A stretch of DNA of 64,000 bases from Nitrospinota bacterium. GTDB lineage: Bacteria; Nitrospinota; Nitrospinia; JACRGO01. A program made the position numbers and the translations under genes. The DNA lies in NCBI GenBank assembly GCA_016212295.1, contig JACRGO010000181.1, forward strand, positions 232 to 64,231, written 5' to 3'. Shown piece by piece: positions 36,702 through 45,590 of the stretch (positions within the stretch are counted from its first letter, which is position 1; the number at the start of each line of letters is the position of its first letter). Under the pieces are notes generated by a model. That model had not been told where the DNA came from. It worked only from the letters and a program-made list of their open reading frames with translations, and did no database searches.

Positions 36702-37555
36702 TTCTTGTCCCTCAGCGAACGATGTCTGATAAGAATGGCCGAGCCGTTCATGATGATAAGGACCGCGAGAAGCACTATTATACCGGCGGCGGCCAATTGA
36801 TGAAATTCCTCTTGGGGACGCGAGGCCCAGTTGAAGATCTGGATAGGCAAGGCGGTAAAGGCGTCCATCGGCCCCTCCGGCGTAAAGGCCACGTAGGTCA
36901 GGGCCCCCAGCATGACCAGAGGGGCGGTCTCGCCCATTGCCCGGGACAGCGCTAAAATGAACCCGGTGAGAATTCCAGGCAGCGCCGTGGGAAGAACATG
37001 GTGCCGTATGGTTTGCCATCGCGTCGCGCCCAGGGCAAAGGCCGCCTGCCTTAGAGACGTCGGCACCGCGCGTATCGCCTCCCTGGAGGAGATTATTATG
37101 ACGGGAAGGACCAGCAGGCTGAGGGTAAGGCTCCCGGCCAGCACGCTGCGGCCTAAAGCCAGGCCCCGGACAAAGATGGCCAGGCCGAGGATGCCGTAAA
37201 CTATGGAAGGGACCCCCGCCAGGTTCGCGATATTGATCTCAATAAGCGTGCTAAGGCGTCCGGGCTTGGCGTATTCCTCCAGATAAATAGCGGCGGCCAC
37301 GCCCAATGGAATGGAAAAAAACGCGGAAAAGGAAATGAGCCATACCGTGCCCCACAGGGCGGATTTGATCCCTGCCTTTGCCGGAAAGCGTGAGGGAAAA
37401 TTATCAAGGAACTGCCAACTCAGCCAGGGCAGCCCTTCTATGGTCACATGGTAGAGCATGACGGCAAGGAGAAGGACGCAAATCCATGTCATTGACATGC
37501 AGGTGATTTTAAACGCGCTTGCTATAAATTTTCGTTTTTTAAGATTGGAGGACAT
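36695..37555 (-). CDS. pstA: phosphate ABC transporter permease PstA
   Basis: PstA permease blocks (EAA loop [13 protein letters not shown]). The start is uncertain: the ATG at 37555 or the TTG at 37597. Confidence 0.88.
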   Translation of the reverse strand: MSSNLKKRKFIASAFKITCMSMTWICVLLLAVMLYHVTIEGLPWLSWQFLDNFPSRFPAKAGIKSALWGTVWLISFSAFFSIPLGVAAAIYLEEYAKPGRLSTLIEINIANLAGVPSIVYGILGLAIFVRGLALGRSVLAGSLTLSLLVLPVIIISSREAIRAVPTSLRQAAFALGATRWQTIRHHVLPTALPGILTGFILALSRAMGETAPLVMLGALTYVAFTPEGPMDAFTALPIQIFNWASRPQEEFHQLAAAGIIVLLAVLIIMNGSAILIRHRSLRDKKW

Positions 37556-37612
37556 AAGTAATTTTTTCGGAATTTTAAAGTTTTCATTACAAATCAATGG
37601 AATTGCTGTGCG

Positions 37613-37738
37613 AGTGACTAAAGTGAGCTAAAGTTTAAAGTGACTAAAGTTGTGGAAGTTCTTTTTTACTATAAACAAGAAACCTACCACAACTTTAGTC
37701 ACTTTAAACTTTAGCTCACTTTACACTTTATTACTCAC
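37613..37738. repeat. family B 'ctaaagt' palindrome between pstC and pstA (overlaps the pstC stop)
   Basis: agtgactaaagtgagctaaagtttaaagtgactaaagttgtgg ... ccacaactttagtcactttaaactttagctcactttacact. The arms are about 42 bp and near-perfect. Confidence 0.7.
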
Positions 37739-38643
37739 TGATACACCTCCCTGTACTTGCCCAATACCTGATGGGCTATCAAATTCGATCCCAATGTAAT
37801 GGCGAAAAGCAATAAGCCCACCGCGAAAATGGTCTGGTATTCCAAGGTCCCGGCCGGGGTGTCGCCCAGGCTCACCTGCACGATGTAAGCGGTCATGGTC
37901 TGTATGCTTTCCAGCGGATTCAGTGTCAATTTGGGAGTGGCGCCGGCGGCAAGGGTCACCGCCATTGTCTCTCCTATGGCCCTGGACAAGGCAAGGACAA
38001 AGGACGCCATGATGCCGGACAAGGCCCCCGGCACAACTATTCGGGTGGAAACCTCGAAGGAAGTCGCCCCGACCGCGTAGGCCCCCTGTCTAAGGGAATC
38101 AGGCACGGCGCGCAAGGAGTCGTCGCAAAGGGAGGCTACCATTGGCAGGATCATTATCCCCACCACGATTGCCGCGCTGGCGGCGTTGAACACCTGCGCG
38201 GACGGGAAAAGAAATTGCAGAATGGGAGAAATAAAGGTAAGGGCGAAATAGCCGTACACCACGGTGGGTATTCCGGCCAGGACCTCCAGTACGGGCTTGA
38301 CGATATTCCGCGCGCGCGGTGACGCGTATTCGCTTAAATAAATGGCGGCAGTGAGCCCCACCGGAATGGCGATCAGGCTTGCCCCTGCCACAACCAGAAA
38401 GGTCCCGCAAACAAGGGGCAACACGCCGAATGAGCGCGGCATCAGCAGAGGCGACCAATTAGTCCCAAAAAGGAATTCCCAAGGAGAAACCTGAATGAAA
38501 AAGGCAAAGGACTCCTTGACCAGGACAAAAATAATCCCGATGGTGGCGGCCACTGAAATGAGGGCGCATAAGAGCAGGACGATCTTGACGCACTCCTCCC
38601 GCCACTGTTTTCTCCAATTTTTTTTTAAATCATCTTCGAGCAA
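37735..38643 (-). CDS. pstC: phosphate ABC transporter permease PstC
   Basis: PstC permease blocks ([16 protein letters not shown]). No ATG is available, so the TTG start at 38643 is taken. Confidence 0.88.
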   Translation of the reverse strand: MLEDDLKKNWRKQWREECVKIVLLLCALISVAATIGIIFVLVKESFAFFIQVSPWEFLFGTNWSPLLMPRSFGVLPLVCGTFLVVAGASLIAIPVGLTAAIYLSEYASPRARNIVKPVLEVLAGIPTVVYGYFALTFISPILQFLFPSAQVFNAASAAIVVGIMILPMVASLCDDSLRAVPDSLRQGAYAVGATSFEVSTRIVVPGALSGIMASFVLALSRAIGETMAVTLAAGATPKLTLNPLESIQTMTAYIVQVSLGDTPAGTLEYQTIFAVGLLLFAITLGSNLIAHQVLGKYREVYQ

Positions 38644-38662
38644 TTCTTGTCCACCGTTTTAT

Positions 38663-38728
38663 TAACCGCGGAGGCGCAGAGAAAAGTTCTTTAATTTCAA
38701 TATATTTTACTCTGCGTCTCTGCGGTAT
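38663..38728. repeat. family C GC-hairpin between pstS and pstC
   Basis: aaccgcggaggcgcagagaaaag ... ctctgcgtctctgcggt. Confidence 0.6.
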
Positions 38729-38748
38729 ATTTTAAATTTCTAAGTCCC

Positions 38749-39756
38749 TTACTTATTAACTTTTCCCATCAACTCCTCCAAGCTCTTTCCCGCGGCTTCC
38801 TTGCCGTTGAAAATAGATCCTGTTACGCGTTTTTGGAAACGCTCAAGCGCCAGCTTATAAACCTTTTCGGGCAGGGGGACATAACCCACTTCCTTCACCA
38901 AGGCAGGCGCGTTTTCCAGATAGTACTCGACGAATGCCTTGACTTCCGGCCTGTCCGCCGCCTTCTTGTTTATATAGATGAATATGGGACGGGAAAGAGG
39001 ATAGGTCCCGTTCTTGATGGTAAGCTCGGACGGGCCCACTGGGCCCTTGCCCGCGTCGATCATGGCCGCCTTGAGTTTGGCCTTGTTCGCCTCGTAATAG
39101 GAGAAGCCAAAAAAACCGAGCGCGTTGGGATCCCCGGCCATGCCTTGCGCGAGGACGTTGTCGTCCTCGCTGGCGGTGAAGTCAGGCCTGCAGGACTGGG
39201 CCTTTCCGTTCACGGCTTCGGTGAAGTAATCGAAGGTGCCGGAATCCGTCCCAGGACCGTAAAGATTTATTTTCTGCTTGGGCCATTCAGGACGCGCGTC
39301 GCTCCAGAGTTTTACCTTGCTTTCCGGCTGCCAGATTTTTTTTAAGTCCTCAAATGTAATGGTGTTTACCGTCGTGTTTTTTGGATTCACCACCACGGAA
39401 ATGCCGTCGTAGGCCACCGGGAGTTCTATATAGTCCACCCCATGCTCTGTGCCTTTTTTTATCTCCTGCTCCTTGATGGGCCTGGAGGCGTCGTTTATGT
39501 CCGTGTCCCCGGCGCAGAACTTCTTGAATCCGCCGCCGGTGCCGGAAATGCCGACCGTTACGCGGACCCTGGGATTTGCTCCCTGGAACTCCTCCGCCAC
39601 GGCTTCGGTGATGGGGAACACGGTGCTGGACCCGTCAATGGTTACGGTCCCTTGAAGAGGAGAGGCGGCGTAAGCGCCGCCGCCGTTTAAAATCATGAAA
39701 TTCAAAATAGCGCCAAACAAAAAAACAATGGCTTTTAAAGAAAATCCGGGCCTCAT
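38749..39756 (-). CDS. pstS: phosphate-binding protein PstS
   Basis: Signal peptide, then [16 protein letters not shown] and [20 protein letters not shown] PstS blocks. Confidence 0.9.
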   Translation of the reverse strand: MRPGFSLKAIVFLFGAILNFMILNGGGAYAASPLQGTVTIDGSSTVFPITEAVAEEFQGANPRVRVTVGISGTGGGFKKFCAGDTDINDASRPIKEQEIKKGTEHGVDYIELPVAYDGISVVVNPKNTTVNTITFEDLKKIWQPESKVKLWSDARPEWPKQKINLYGPGTDSGTFDYFTEAVNGKAQSCRPDFTASEDDNVLAQGMAGDPNALGFFGFSYYEANKAKLKAAMIDAGKGPVGPSELTIKNGTYPLSRPIFIYINKKAADRPEVKAFVEYYLENAPALVKEVGYVPLPEKVYKLALERFQKRVTGSIFNGKEAAGKSLEELMGKVNK

Positions 39757-39809
39757 GAAAATCTCCTTGATTTATTTTGAAAAGTTAATCGTAAATAATT
39801 TAGCCGTAG

Positions 39810-39945
39810 TAGGAATTTCCATTTTCAATTTCCAAAAATCAAACAGATACATGAATCACACCCCCCTTGATCCTCCATTGCCAGGGGGGAATTTTTGAGA
39901 TATTCCCCCTTTAAAAAGGGGGCCGGGGGGATGTCAATTCTTTTG
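39810..39945. repeat. family A G5/C5 double-hairpin element upstream of pstS
   Basis: taggaatttccattttcaatttccaaaaatcaaacagatacatgaatcacacccccc..ttgccaggggggaatttttgagatattccccctttaaaaagggggccggggggatgtcaattc. Confidence 0.7.
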
Positions 39946-39993
39946 GTTGCGGCCATGTCGCGCTATAAAGATAAATCATGTTATCCACCCCTG

Positions 39994-40593
39994 TCAATTG
40001 CCTTCTTCGTGTATTTCCGGGTACAGGATTTTGGAACATTCCGGGCAGATGGAATGGGAGAACTGGACGTCGATATGCGATTCGATATAGGTCTCCACGG
40101 TTTCCCAATAATTTTTGTCGTCGTGGATCCTCTTGCAGTTCGCGCATATCGGCAGGAGGCTTCGGAGTTGGAGCAGTTCGCTTATATCCTCCATTATCAG
40201 TATGGAAAACGTTTTGCCTCCATGCTTCAGGGGCGAGGTGGTCACCAGGATATGAGCATCGATTATTTTCCCTTTTTTGAGAAACTCCATCTTGGTCTTT
40301 TTGCGTATTATCTTATCACCCCGTATGGCGTCTTGTACTGAGCTCCTGACCACGCAATCCTTGCAAAACCCGGCATGGCCGCAGCCACGCGGGTCTTCGG
40401 TGGAATGGATGCAGCCCAAGGCGTCCCCGCCCCTCTTCCTGTAAACCCCCTCCTTGATAAAACCAAAGGTTTCCGTCGCGGCGGAGTTCAGGTACAGGAT
40501 GCGGACGTCATCATCCACGATGAATATGGGGGACGGAATTGAGTCGAACAGATTTTGAAAAAACTCGTTATTTTCCAGGAAAAATGGGTCCAT
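39994..40593 (-). CDS. PAS-domain sensor with C-terminal Cys4 (zinc-ribbon-like) module
   Basis: PAS block FQNLFDSIPSPIFIVDDDVRILYLNSAA. Internal GCGHAGFCKDCVV. C-terminal LLPICANCKRIHDDKNYWETVETYIESHIDVQFSHSICPECS. Confidence 0.65.
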   Translation of the reverse strand: MDPFFLENNEFFQNLFDSIPSPIFIVDDDVRILYLNSAATETFGFIKEGVYRKRGGDALGCIHSTEDPRGCGHAGFCKDCVVRSSVQDAIRGDKIIRKKTKMEFLKKGKIIDAHILVTTSPLKHGGKTFSILIMEDISELLQLRSLLPICANCKRIHDDKNYWETVETYIESHIDVQFSHSICPECSKILYPEIHEEGN

Positions 40594-40597
40594 AAAT

Positions 40598-41560
40598 TCA
40601 GGAAATCTTTATCCTTGGATCGGCCAGGGCGTATAGAATATCTGAAATAAAGGTCCCGATCAGGACCAGCACCGCAGAAATGAAATTAAGGGTCAGGATG
40701 ACCGGGAAATCGCGGGAGAGGATCGCCTCGTACCCAAGCCTCCCCATGCCCGGCCACGCGAAGATGGCCTCGAAAATAACCGACCCGCCGATGAGTCCCG
40801 GAAGCATTAGCCCGAACATGGTGATGAACGGCAGGAGGGCGTTTCGCAGGGCGTGTTTATAAATCACCACGTCCCTGGGCAGACCCTTGGCCATGGCAGT
40901 CCGCACATAATCCTGCCCTATGACTTCCAGCATCTGTGACCGCACGTATCGCGACAGGACCGCTATCCCTCCGAAGGCGGACATAAGGGAAGGCACGGCA
41001 AGGTGCCATATATGGTCCATTCCAACAAAGAACGCGCCTGCGTCCTCGAACCCGAAGGTTTTCATCCCGATCACAGGGACGTTGAATGCCTTGACGAGAA
41101 AAATGATGACGATATAGGAAAGGAAAAAGCCCGGGATGGAAATCATGGTATAGGCAAGGAAGGTGGTGGATTGGTCAAATAGCGTCCCCCTCTTCAGCGC
41201 CGCGTGGATCCCCAACGGAAAGGAGAGACCCCAGGTAATCAACGTGCTGCATAGGAACAGCGGAAGGGAGTTCAGGAACCGCAGCCATATTTTGTTCAAG
41301 ACGGATTGATTGTCCTTGAAGGACCGGAGCTCTCCGTTGAAAAGATCACGCATCCAGTAAACGTATTGGATGTGTATTGGGTCGTCCAGATGGAAGGCCT
41401 GGCGGATCTTGGCGATATCCTCAGGCTTCATCCTTGGATTGGAGGGGTCCACGAGGGAAGGCTCCCCCGGGGCCAGAAGCACAATGGCGTGGGAGATGAC
41501 GGAGATGAAGAAAAGCAGGACGATCCTCTGCCCTATGTTTCTTAATAAGAAGGCGCGCAT
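40598..41560 (-). CDS. ABC transporter permease, peptide/opine (DppB/OppB/YejB) family, solitary
   Basis: BPD_transp_1 pattern with EAA-like loop (YVRTAMAKGLPRDVVIYKHALRNALLP). The ATG at 41560 (MRAFLL) is preferred over the TTG at 41569. No cognate ATPase or binding protein lies adjacent. Confidence 0.75.
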   Translation of the reverse strand: MRAFLLRNIGQRIVLLFFISVISHAIVLLAPGEPSLVDPSNPRMKPEDIAKIRQAFHLDDPIHIQYVYWMRDLFNGELRSFKDNQSVLNKIWLRFLNSLPLFLCSTLITWGLSFPLGIHAALKRGTLFDQSTTFLAYTMISIPGFFLSYIVIIFLVKAFNVPVIGMKTFGFEDAGAFFVGMDHIWHLAVPSLMSAFGGIAVLSRYVRSQMLEVIGQDYVRTAMAKGLPRDVVIYKHALRNALLPFITMFGLMLPGLIGGSVIFEAIFAWPGMGRLGYEAILSRDFPVILTLNFISAVLVLIGTFISDILYALADPRIKIS

Positions 41561-41610
41561 GGGGTTCAATCATAGCAAAGTAAAGGCGTTTTTAAAAGTC
41601 CGGCATGGGC

Positions 41611-44559
41611 CTATAAAATATATTTTTTCACCCTGGAGATTAAATCCTCCACCGCCACCGCTTTCCCCACGAAGTCATCGGCCCCCAAGCGAAACGCCTT
41701 TTCCCTGGTTTCCGATAGGGCGTCGTTGGTGATGACAATTATGGGAGTTGATTTTGCCTTGGGAAGGTCTCTCAATCTTTCAATTAATTCAAAGCCGTCC
41801 ATCACCGGCATCATAAGGTCCGCAATGATCAAATGGGGCTCAAACTTTTCAAGGACAGCCAAGGCGTCCCGTCCGTTTTCCGCCTCTCTGATCTCCACGT
41901 CCATGCTGCTTAAATGTTTTTTAAAAAGCTCCCTGATCACGGGCTCATCGTCCACTATGAGAATACATGGCTTTATACAAGGCAACTGAACGTAGAAGAC
42001 GCTTCCAACCCCCTCCTCCGATTCCACTCTGATCGAGCCTCCGTGAGCGGCCACAATGTCATGGCACATGGGCAGCCCTAAACCGGTCCCTTTTTCCCCT
42101 GCTGTTCCTATGGCGCTGGTCTTGGCGTCGCTCTTGAAAAGGTCAGGGAGAAATTTCCCGGGTATCCCGGTCCCGGTGTCTTTTACCGCTATGGTATCGG
42201 ATTGGCCGGGAGGAACAAAAACCGTGACCTTGTCGTCCTTCCTGCAAAACTTGATGGCGTTGGACAAAAGATTTTGAATGACCCCTGGGAACAGGTCCAT
42301 GTCCGCGTAAATCCTTGTGCCTTTGGGAACATCATTGACCAACTCTATTCCTTTTTTGTCGGCAAGATAGTGCAAACTGCTCATGGAAAAGGCGATAGGA
42401 ACGCGCGCGTCCATGAAATGGCGCACGGGTGAGAGGATGCCGGTCTGAAAGCGGCTCAACTTGAGAAGCTCGTCAATCATGTGGAGCATGTTCTTTCCCG
42501 AGGCCAATATGCGATGGAATTTTTCCCTGTGCTCCTCGTGGAGGGGACGGGCTGAATCATTCAGTATAATCTGCAGGAAACCCATGATCGCCGTGAAAGG
42601 CGACTTCAGGTCATGGGCCACCAGGGAAATGAATTTGTCCTTCAATTTCGTGGCGTCCTCGGCCTTGTTTTTCTCCACGGTCAGATTTTCCTGTATCTGT
42701 TTCAGTTGAGTTATGTCCGTTCCAACAAACACCACCCCCTGGAATTCTCCGCACTGGGAGCGCATCATGAAAGCCGAGCACAGGGCCGGTATTTTATTGC
42801 CGTTTTTCGACAGGAAGTCTGTTTCCATTCCAGCGGACAGGCCTTGTTCCTTTAGTTCCTTCTGGAATTGATGAAATACTTTTTCCTCTTCCGGAAATAG
42901 AATGGACAGGGGACGGCCATCCAATTCCCCCTCAGCGTATTCAAGTGTGCGATGCGCCGCCATGTTGGTCCTTTTGATCAACCAGTTTTTTAATTCCGCG
43001 GTCTCTTCGTTACCGGGAGGATGCGCCACCACCATTATTTCGTTCAGGGAACGGAGAAGGTTATCCAGATAGTCCTTGGACACCGAGGTGGTTTGCAGGT
43101 CCTCGGCCATTTTGTTGAAGGATGACGCCAATATGCCGATTTCATCCCTGGAAGCCGCCCGGACCCTGCGGGAAAGGTCTCCTTTCCCCAATGCCTCGGT
43201 CCCCCGGATCAACTGGATAATGGGATCTGAAAGGGCCTTGGAAAACAAAAACCCAAAGGCCACCACAAGGACCGAAATCCCAAGCAACTTGAATATCAAT
43301 CTTTTCTTCAACTGATGAATCAAGGCAAAGGCCTCGCTTTCGTCAATCTTGGCAAGAAGAAACCAGTCAACGTCCGGTATGCCCAAAGGAGTGAAAGAGG
43401 ACAAGGCCAGGACTCCTCTATAGTCCTCGGCGATGATGGCGCCGGTTTTTCCTCTCAGCGCCTCTTCCACGGCGGCCGTCCTGGCTTCCTGCAAAAGGAT
43501 GGTGGTGGAAAAGGCCCTCATCTCCTCAATCACCTTTTTATCCACCCCCTGTTCTTCCAGTCGGGCCAAGTATTCATCTGGATGTTCTATTATAAACCTG
43601 GAGTCGCTCCGCATTTTGTGGTCGGACCCCACAAGATATGTTTCCCCGCTTTTTCCAAGGCCGATCTTTTCCCACTCCTTGTTGCCGGTCATCACGCTGT
43701 TCATTTCGCCCAGGGGCATTTGGAAAACAAGGACCCCGATTTTTTGGTTTCCGTCGAAGACGGGAGAGGCTATGAACGATTGCGGGGCGGCATAAGCCGG
43801 GTAGTGAGGCGCGAAGTCCACCATCTTCACAAAATCCTTGCTCTTTGTCCGGCTGGCTTCCTGGAAAACCTTGGCAAGGTTGGTGTCCTTGTAAGGACCG
43901 TTTATGAGGCTTGTCCCGAACTCCACCTCTTTAAATACGGAATACACTATGTCGCCGGTTTGATCGTCCACCAGGAAAATATCCTTGTAGCCGAATTGCT
44001 TTTGGAAGTGATGCAAAATCTGGTGATACCGCAAGTGGACCATGCTGTATTTGCTGCCGTCCTCAATTGTTTCAAGTTCGTTTTTCGTGCCGGTTGGATG
44101 GGGATTTTCCGCTATGTATTTGTATTGGAGTATGATGGCGTTGTCATTGGAAGGCCAGAATTCTTCCGCTGTCTTTGGCAATTTGATGTTTTTGTTCAGT
44201 CTCGGGATGAATTCAGTCTGATAATATTTCATGACGCTTTCCCTGTATTCCGTTATTTGTCCTTCAGTGATACCGATGTCCTCGTCAATGCCGTCAAACG
44301 CCTCTTTAAATTGCCTCATGGCCTCGATAATCATCCGGTCTTCCGCAAGGGTCAAGACCTGGTTCCTGATTTGATTAAAGTAGGCCTTTATCTGCGTTTT
44401 TTTTATTTCCCGGATGGTGGTCAGATGATTGAATGACGCCAGTTCCAAGTCCTTTCTCGCTATGCGGTAATCCTGCCAGCCGGAAAAAAGCACAGGCAGT
44501 AAACCGATGAAAAGAAAGACTATTAGAAATTTGGCCCTGAATTTCAGATTTTTAAACAT
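41611..44559 (-). CDS. hybrid sensor histidine kinase/response regulator (TM, Cache-like periplasmic domain, HAMP, PAS, HisKA, HATPase, REC)
   Basis: N-terminal transmembrane helix, a roughly 270-aa periplasmic Cache-like domain, a second transmembrane helix plus HAMP. H-box LVAHDLKSPFTAIMGF, G-boxes GTGLGLPMCHD, receiver ILIVDDEPVIREL...DLMMPVMDGFE. Confidence 0.9.
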   Translation of the reverse strand: MFKNLKFRAKFLIVFLFIGLLPVLFSGWQDYRIARKDLELASFNHLTTIREIKKTQIKAYFNQIRNQVLTLAEDRMIIEAMRQFKEAFDGIDEDIGITEGQITEYRESVMKYYQTEFIPRLNKNIKLPKTAEEFWPSNDNAIILQYKYIAENPHPTGTKNELETIEDGSKYSMVHLRYHQILHHFQKQFGYKDIFLVDDQTGDIVYSVFKEVEFGTSLINGPYKDTNLAKVFQEASRTKSKDFVKMVDFAPHYPAYAAPQSFIASPVFDGNQKIGVLVFQMPLGEMNSVMTGNKEWEKIGLGKSGETYLVGSDHKMRSDSRFIIEHPDEYLARLEEQGVDKKVIEEMRAFSTTILLQEARTAAVEEALRGKTGAIIAEDYRGVLALSSFTPLGIPDVDWFLLAKIDESEAFALIHQLKKRLIFKLLGISVLVVAFGFLFSKALSDPIIQLIRGTEALGKGDLSRRVRAASRDEIGILASSFNKMAEDLQTTSVSKDYLDNLLRSLNEIMVVAHPPGNEETAELKNWLIKRTNMAAHRTLEYAEGELDGRPLSILFPEEEKVFHQFQKELKEQGLSAGMETDFLSKNGNKIPALCSAFMMRSQCGEFQGVVFVGTDITQLKQIQENLTVEKNKAEDATKLKDKFISLVAHDLKSPFTAIMGFLQIILNDSARPLHEEHREKFHRILASGKNMLHMIDELLKLSRFQTGILSPVRHFMDARVPIAFSMSSLHYLADKKGIELVNDVPKGTRIYADMDLFPGVIQNLLSNAIKFCRKDDKVTVFVPPGQSDTIAVKDTGTGIPGKFLPDLFKSDAKTSAIGTAGEKGTGLGLPMCHDIVAAHGGSIRVESEEGVGSVFYVQLPCIKPCILIVDDEPVIRELFKKHLSSMDVEIREAENGRDALAVLEKFEPHLIIADLMMPVMDGFELIERLRDLPKAKSTPIIVITNDALSETREKAFRLGADDFVGKAVAVEDLISRVKKYIL

Positions 44560-44590
44560 CGTTTATTGGACCGGTGAGGGTGGAAAAAGT

Positions 44591-44848
44591 TCAAGGCCGC
44601 TGGAAAAATGGTCCACCCGGGGCCGCAAAAAACGTCAAGCTTCGCTGAACATCGAGCGGTCCCGCATTGCCATAATTTCCATGTTTCTCCCTGAGGAAAC
44701 GGAAGCGGGCGGGAACAGATAGGCCATCGTGTAGGGCAATTTCTTCCCAATACTTGCGGGCATTGTCTTTCTTTCCAAAAAGTCCGGATTTTTCCAGGCA
44801 GTAAAATCCATGCTCCACGGCTATTTCATAGAACTCGGTTTTTGGCAT
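44591..44848 (-). CDS. small hypothetical protein
   Basis: Strong RBS aaggag before the ATG at 44848. The first 40 aa or so (MPKTEFYEIAVEHGFYCLEKSGLFGKKDNARKYWEEIA) look protein-like, but the C-terminal half looks like read-through. Possibly a gene fragment. Confidence 0.3.
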   Translation of the reverse strand: MPKTEFYEIAVEHGFYCLEKSGLFGKKDNARKYWEEIALHDGLSVPARFRFLREKHGNYGNAGPLDVQRSLTFFAAPGGPFFQRP

Positions 44849-45086
44849 GAGAATCTCCTTTTAGTTATTGCCGCGCCGTCTTTGCCTGCGGGAAAACGGA
44901 TACATCTGGAGGAATTTTCATGCGGAAGCGAATGTATAAGTCAGTATACAGAAATTCAAAAATATATCAAGACTCAAACAACAAATAAATCTCATGAATT
45001 CCATTTTGGGAATAGCCGGCCTTCTCATGGAAACCAGGACTGAAAAATTTACGAGAGACGCATTATTTTTGTCCCTCCCGATGATC

Positions 45087-45509
45087 TTATCTTGGTTTCT
45101 TCGCGCCCTTGGGAGGAATCTGCTTGACCGTTTGTTTCGTTAAATCTTGGCCGCTTCTCTTGTAAAAGACGGAAAAACCTCCCGCGAAAAGGGAATACAC
45201 AAAGGCAAAAAACACACATAAGATTAAAATAATGACCCAAGGGTTTGTGAAAAACCTGGGAAAAGCGAACTTGAAACCAGTGGAAATGGGGATTTTTTTC
45301 TTCTCTTGTTCCAATAGGATATGGCAGCGGACCTTATATTCACTTTGCAGCATTCGGGCGGCCCGTCGGCATTCCAGGCTATGCACGGCAATGATCAACT
45401 CGACTCCCGGATTGTCCAGGTATTTTTTCCAATGCTCCACGGTCTTGGGATTCAAGAGGGATTCCATGCTTTCCACGGAGATGGCTTTTCTTTTTTTTCC
45501 CTTTTCCAA
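45087..45509 (-). CDS. hypothetical protein with C-terminal transmembrane anchor
   Basis: ORF with a C-terminal transmembrane helix (WVIILILCVFFAFVYSLFAGGF). No recognised domain. TTG start, or the ATG at 45467. Confidence 0.35.
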   Translation of the reverse strand: MEKGKKRKAISVESMESLLNPKTVEHWKKYLDNPGVELIIAVHSLECRRAARMLQSEYKVRCHILLEQEKKKIPISTGFKFAFPRFFTNPWVIILILCVFFAFVYSLFAGGFSVFYKRSGQDLTKQTVKQIPPKGAKKPR

Positions 45510-45590
45510 CAGAAGATCCGGGAGAGGACCGATCCATGTAGGTGGAGTCCCGCAATAGCTCGGAATAAGAAAGGAATAAACGCACAGAGT

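Noticed and set aside
38833-39345. Plus-strand 170-aa ORF opposite pstS
   Set aside because: Antisense shadow.
43315-44436. Plus-strand 373-aa ORF opposite the histidine kinase
   Set aside because: Antisense to a gene with full HK domain complement.
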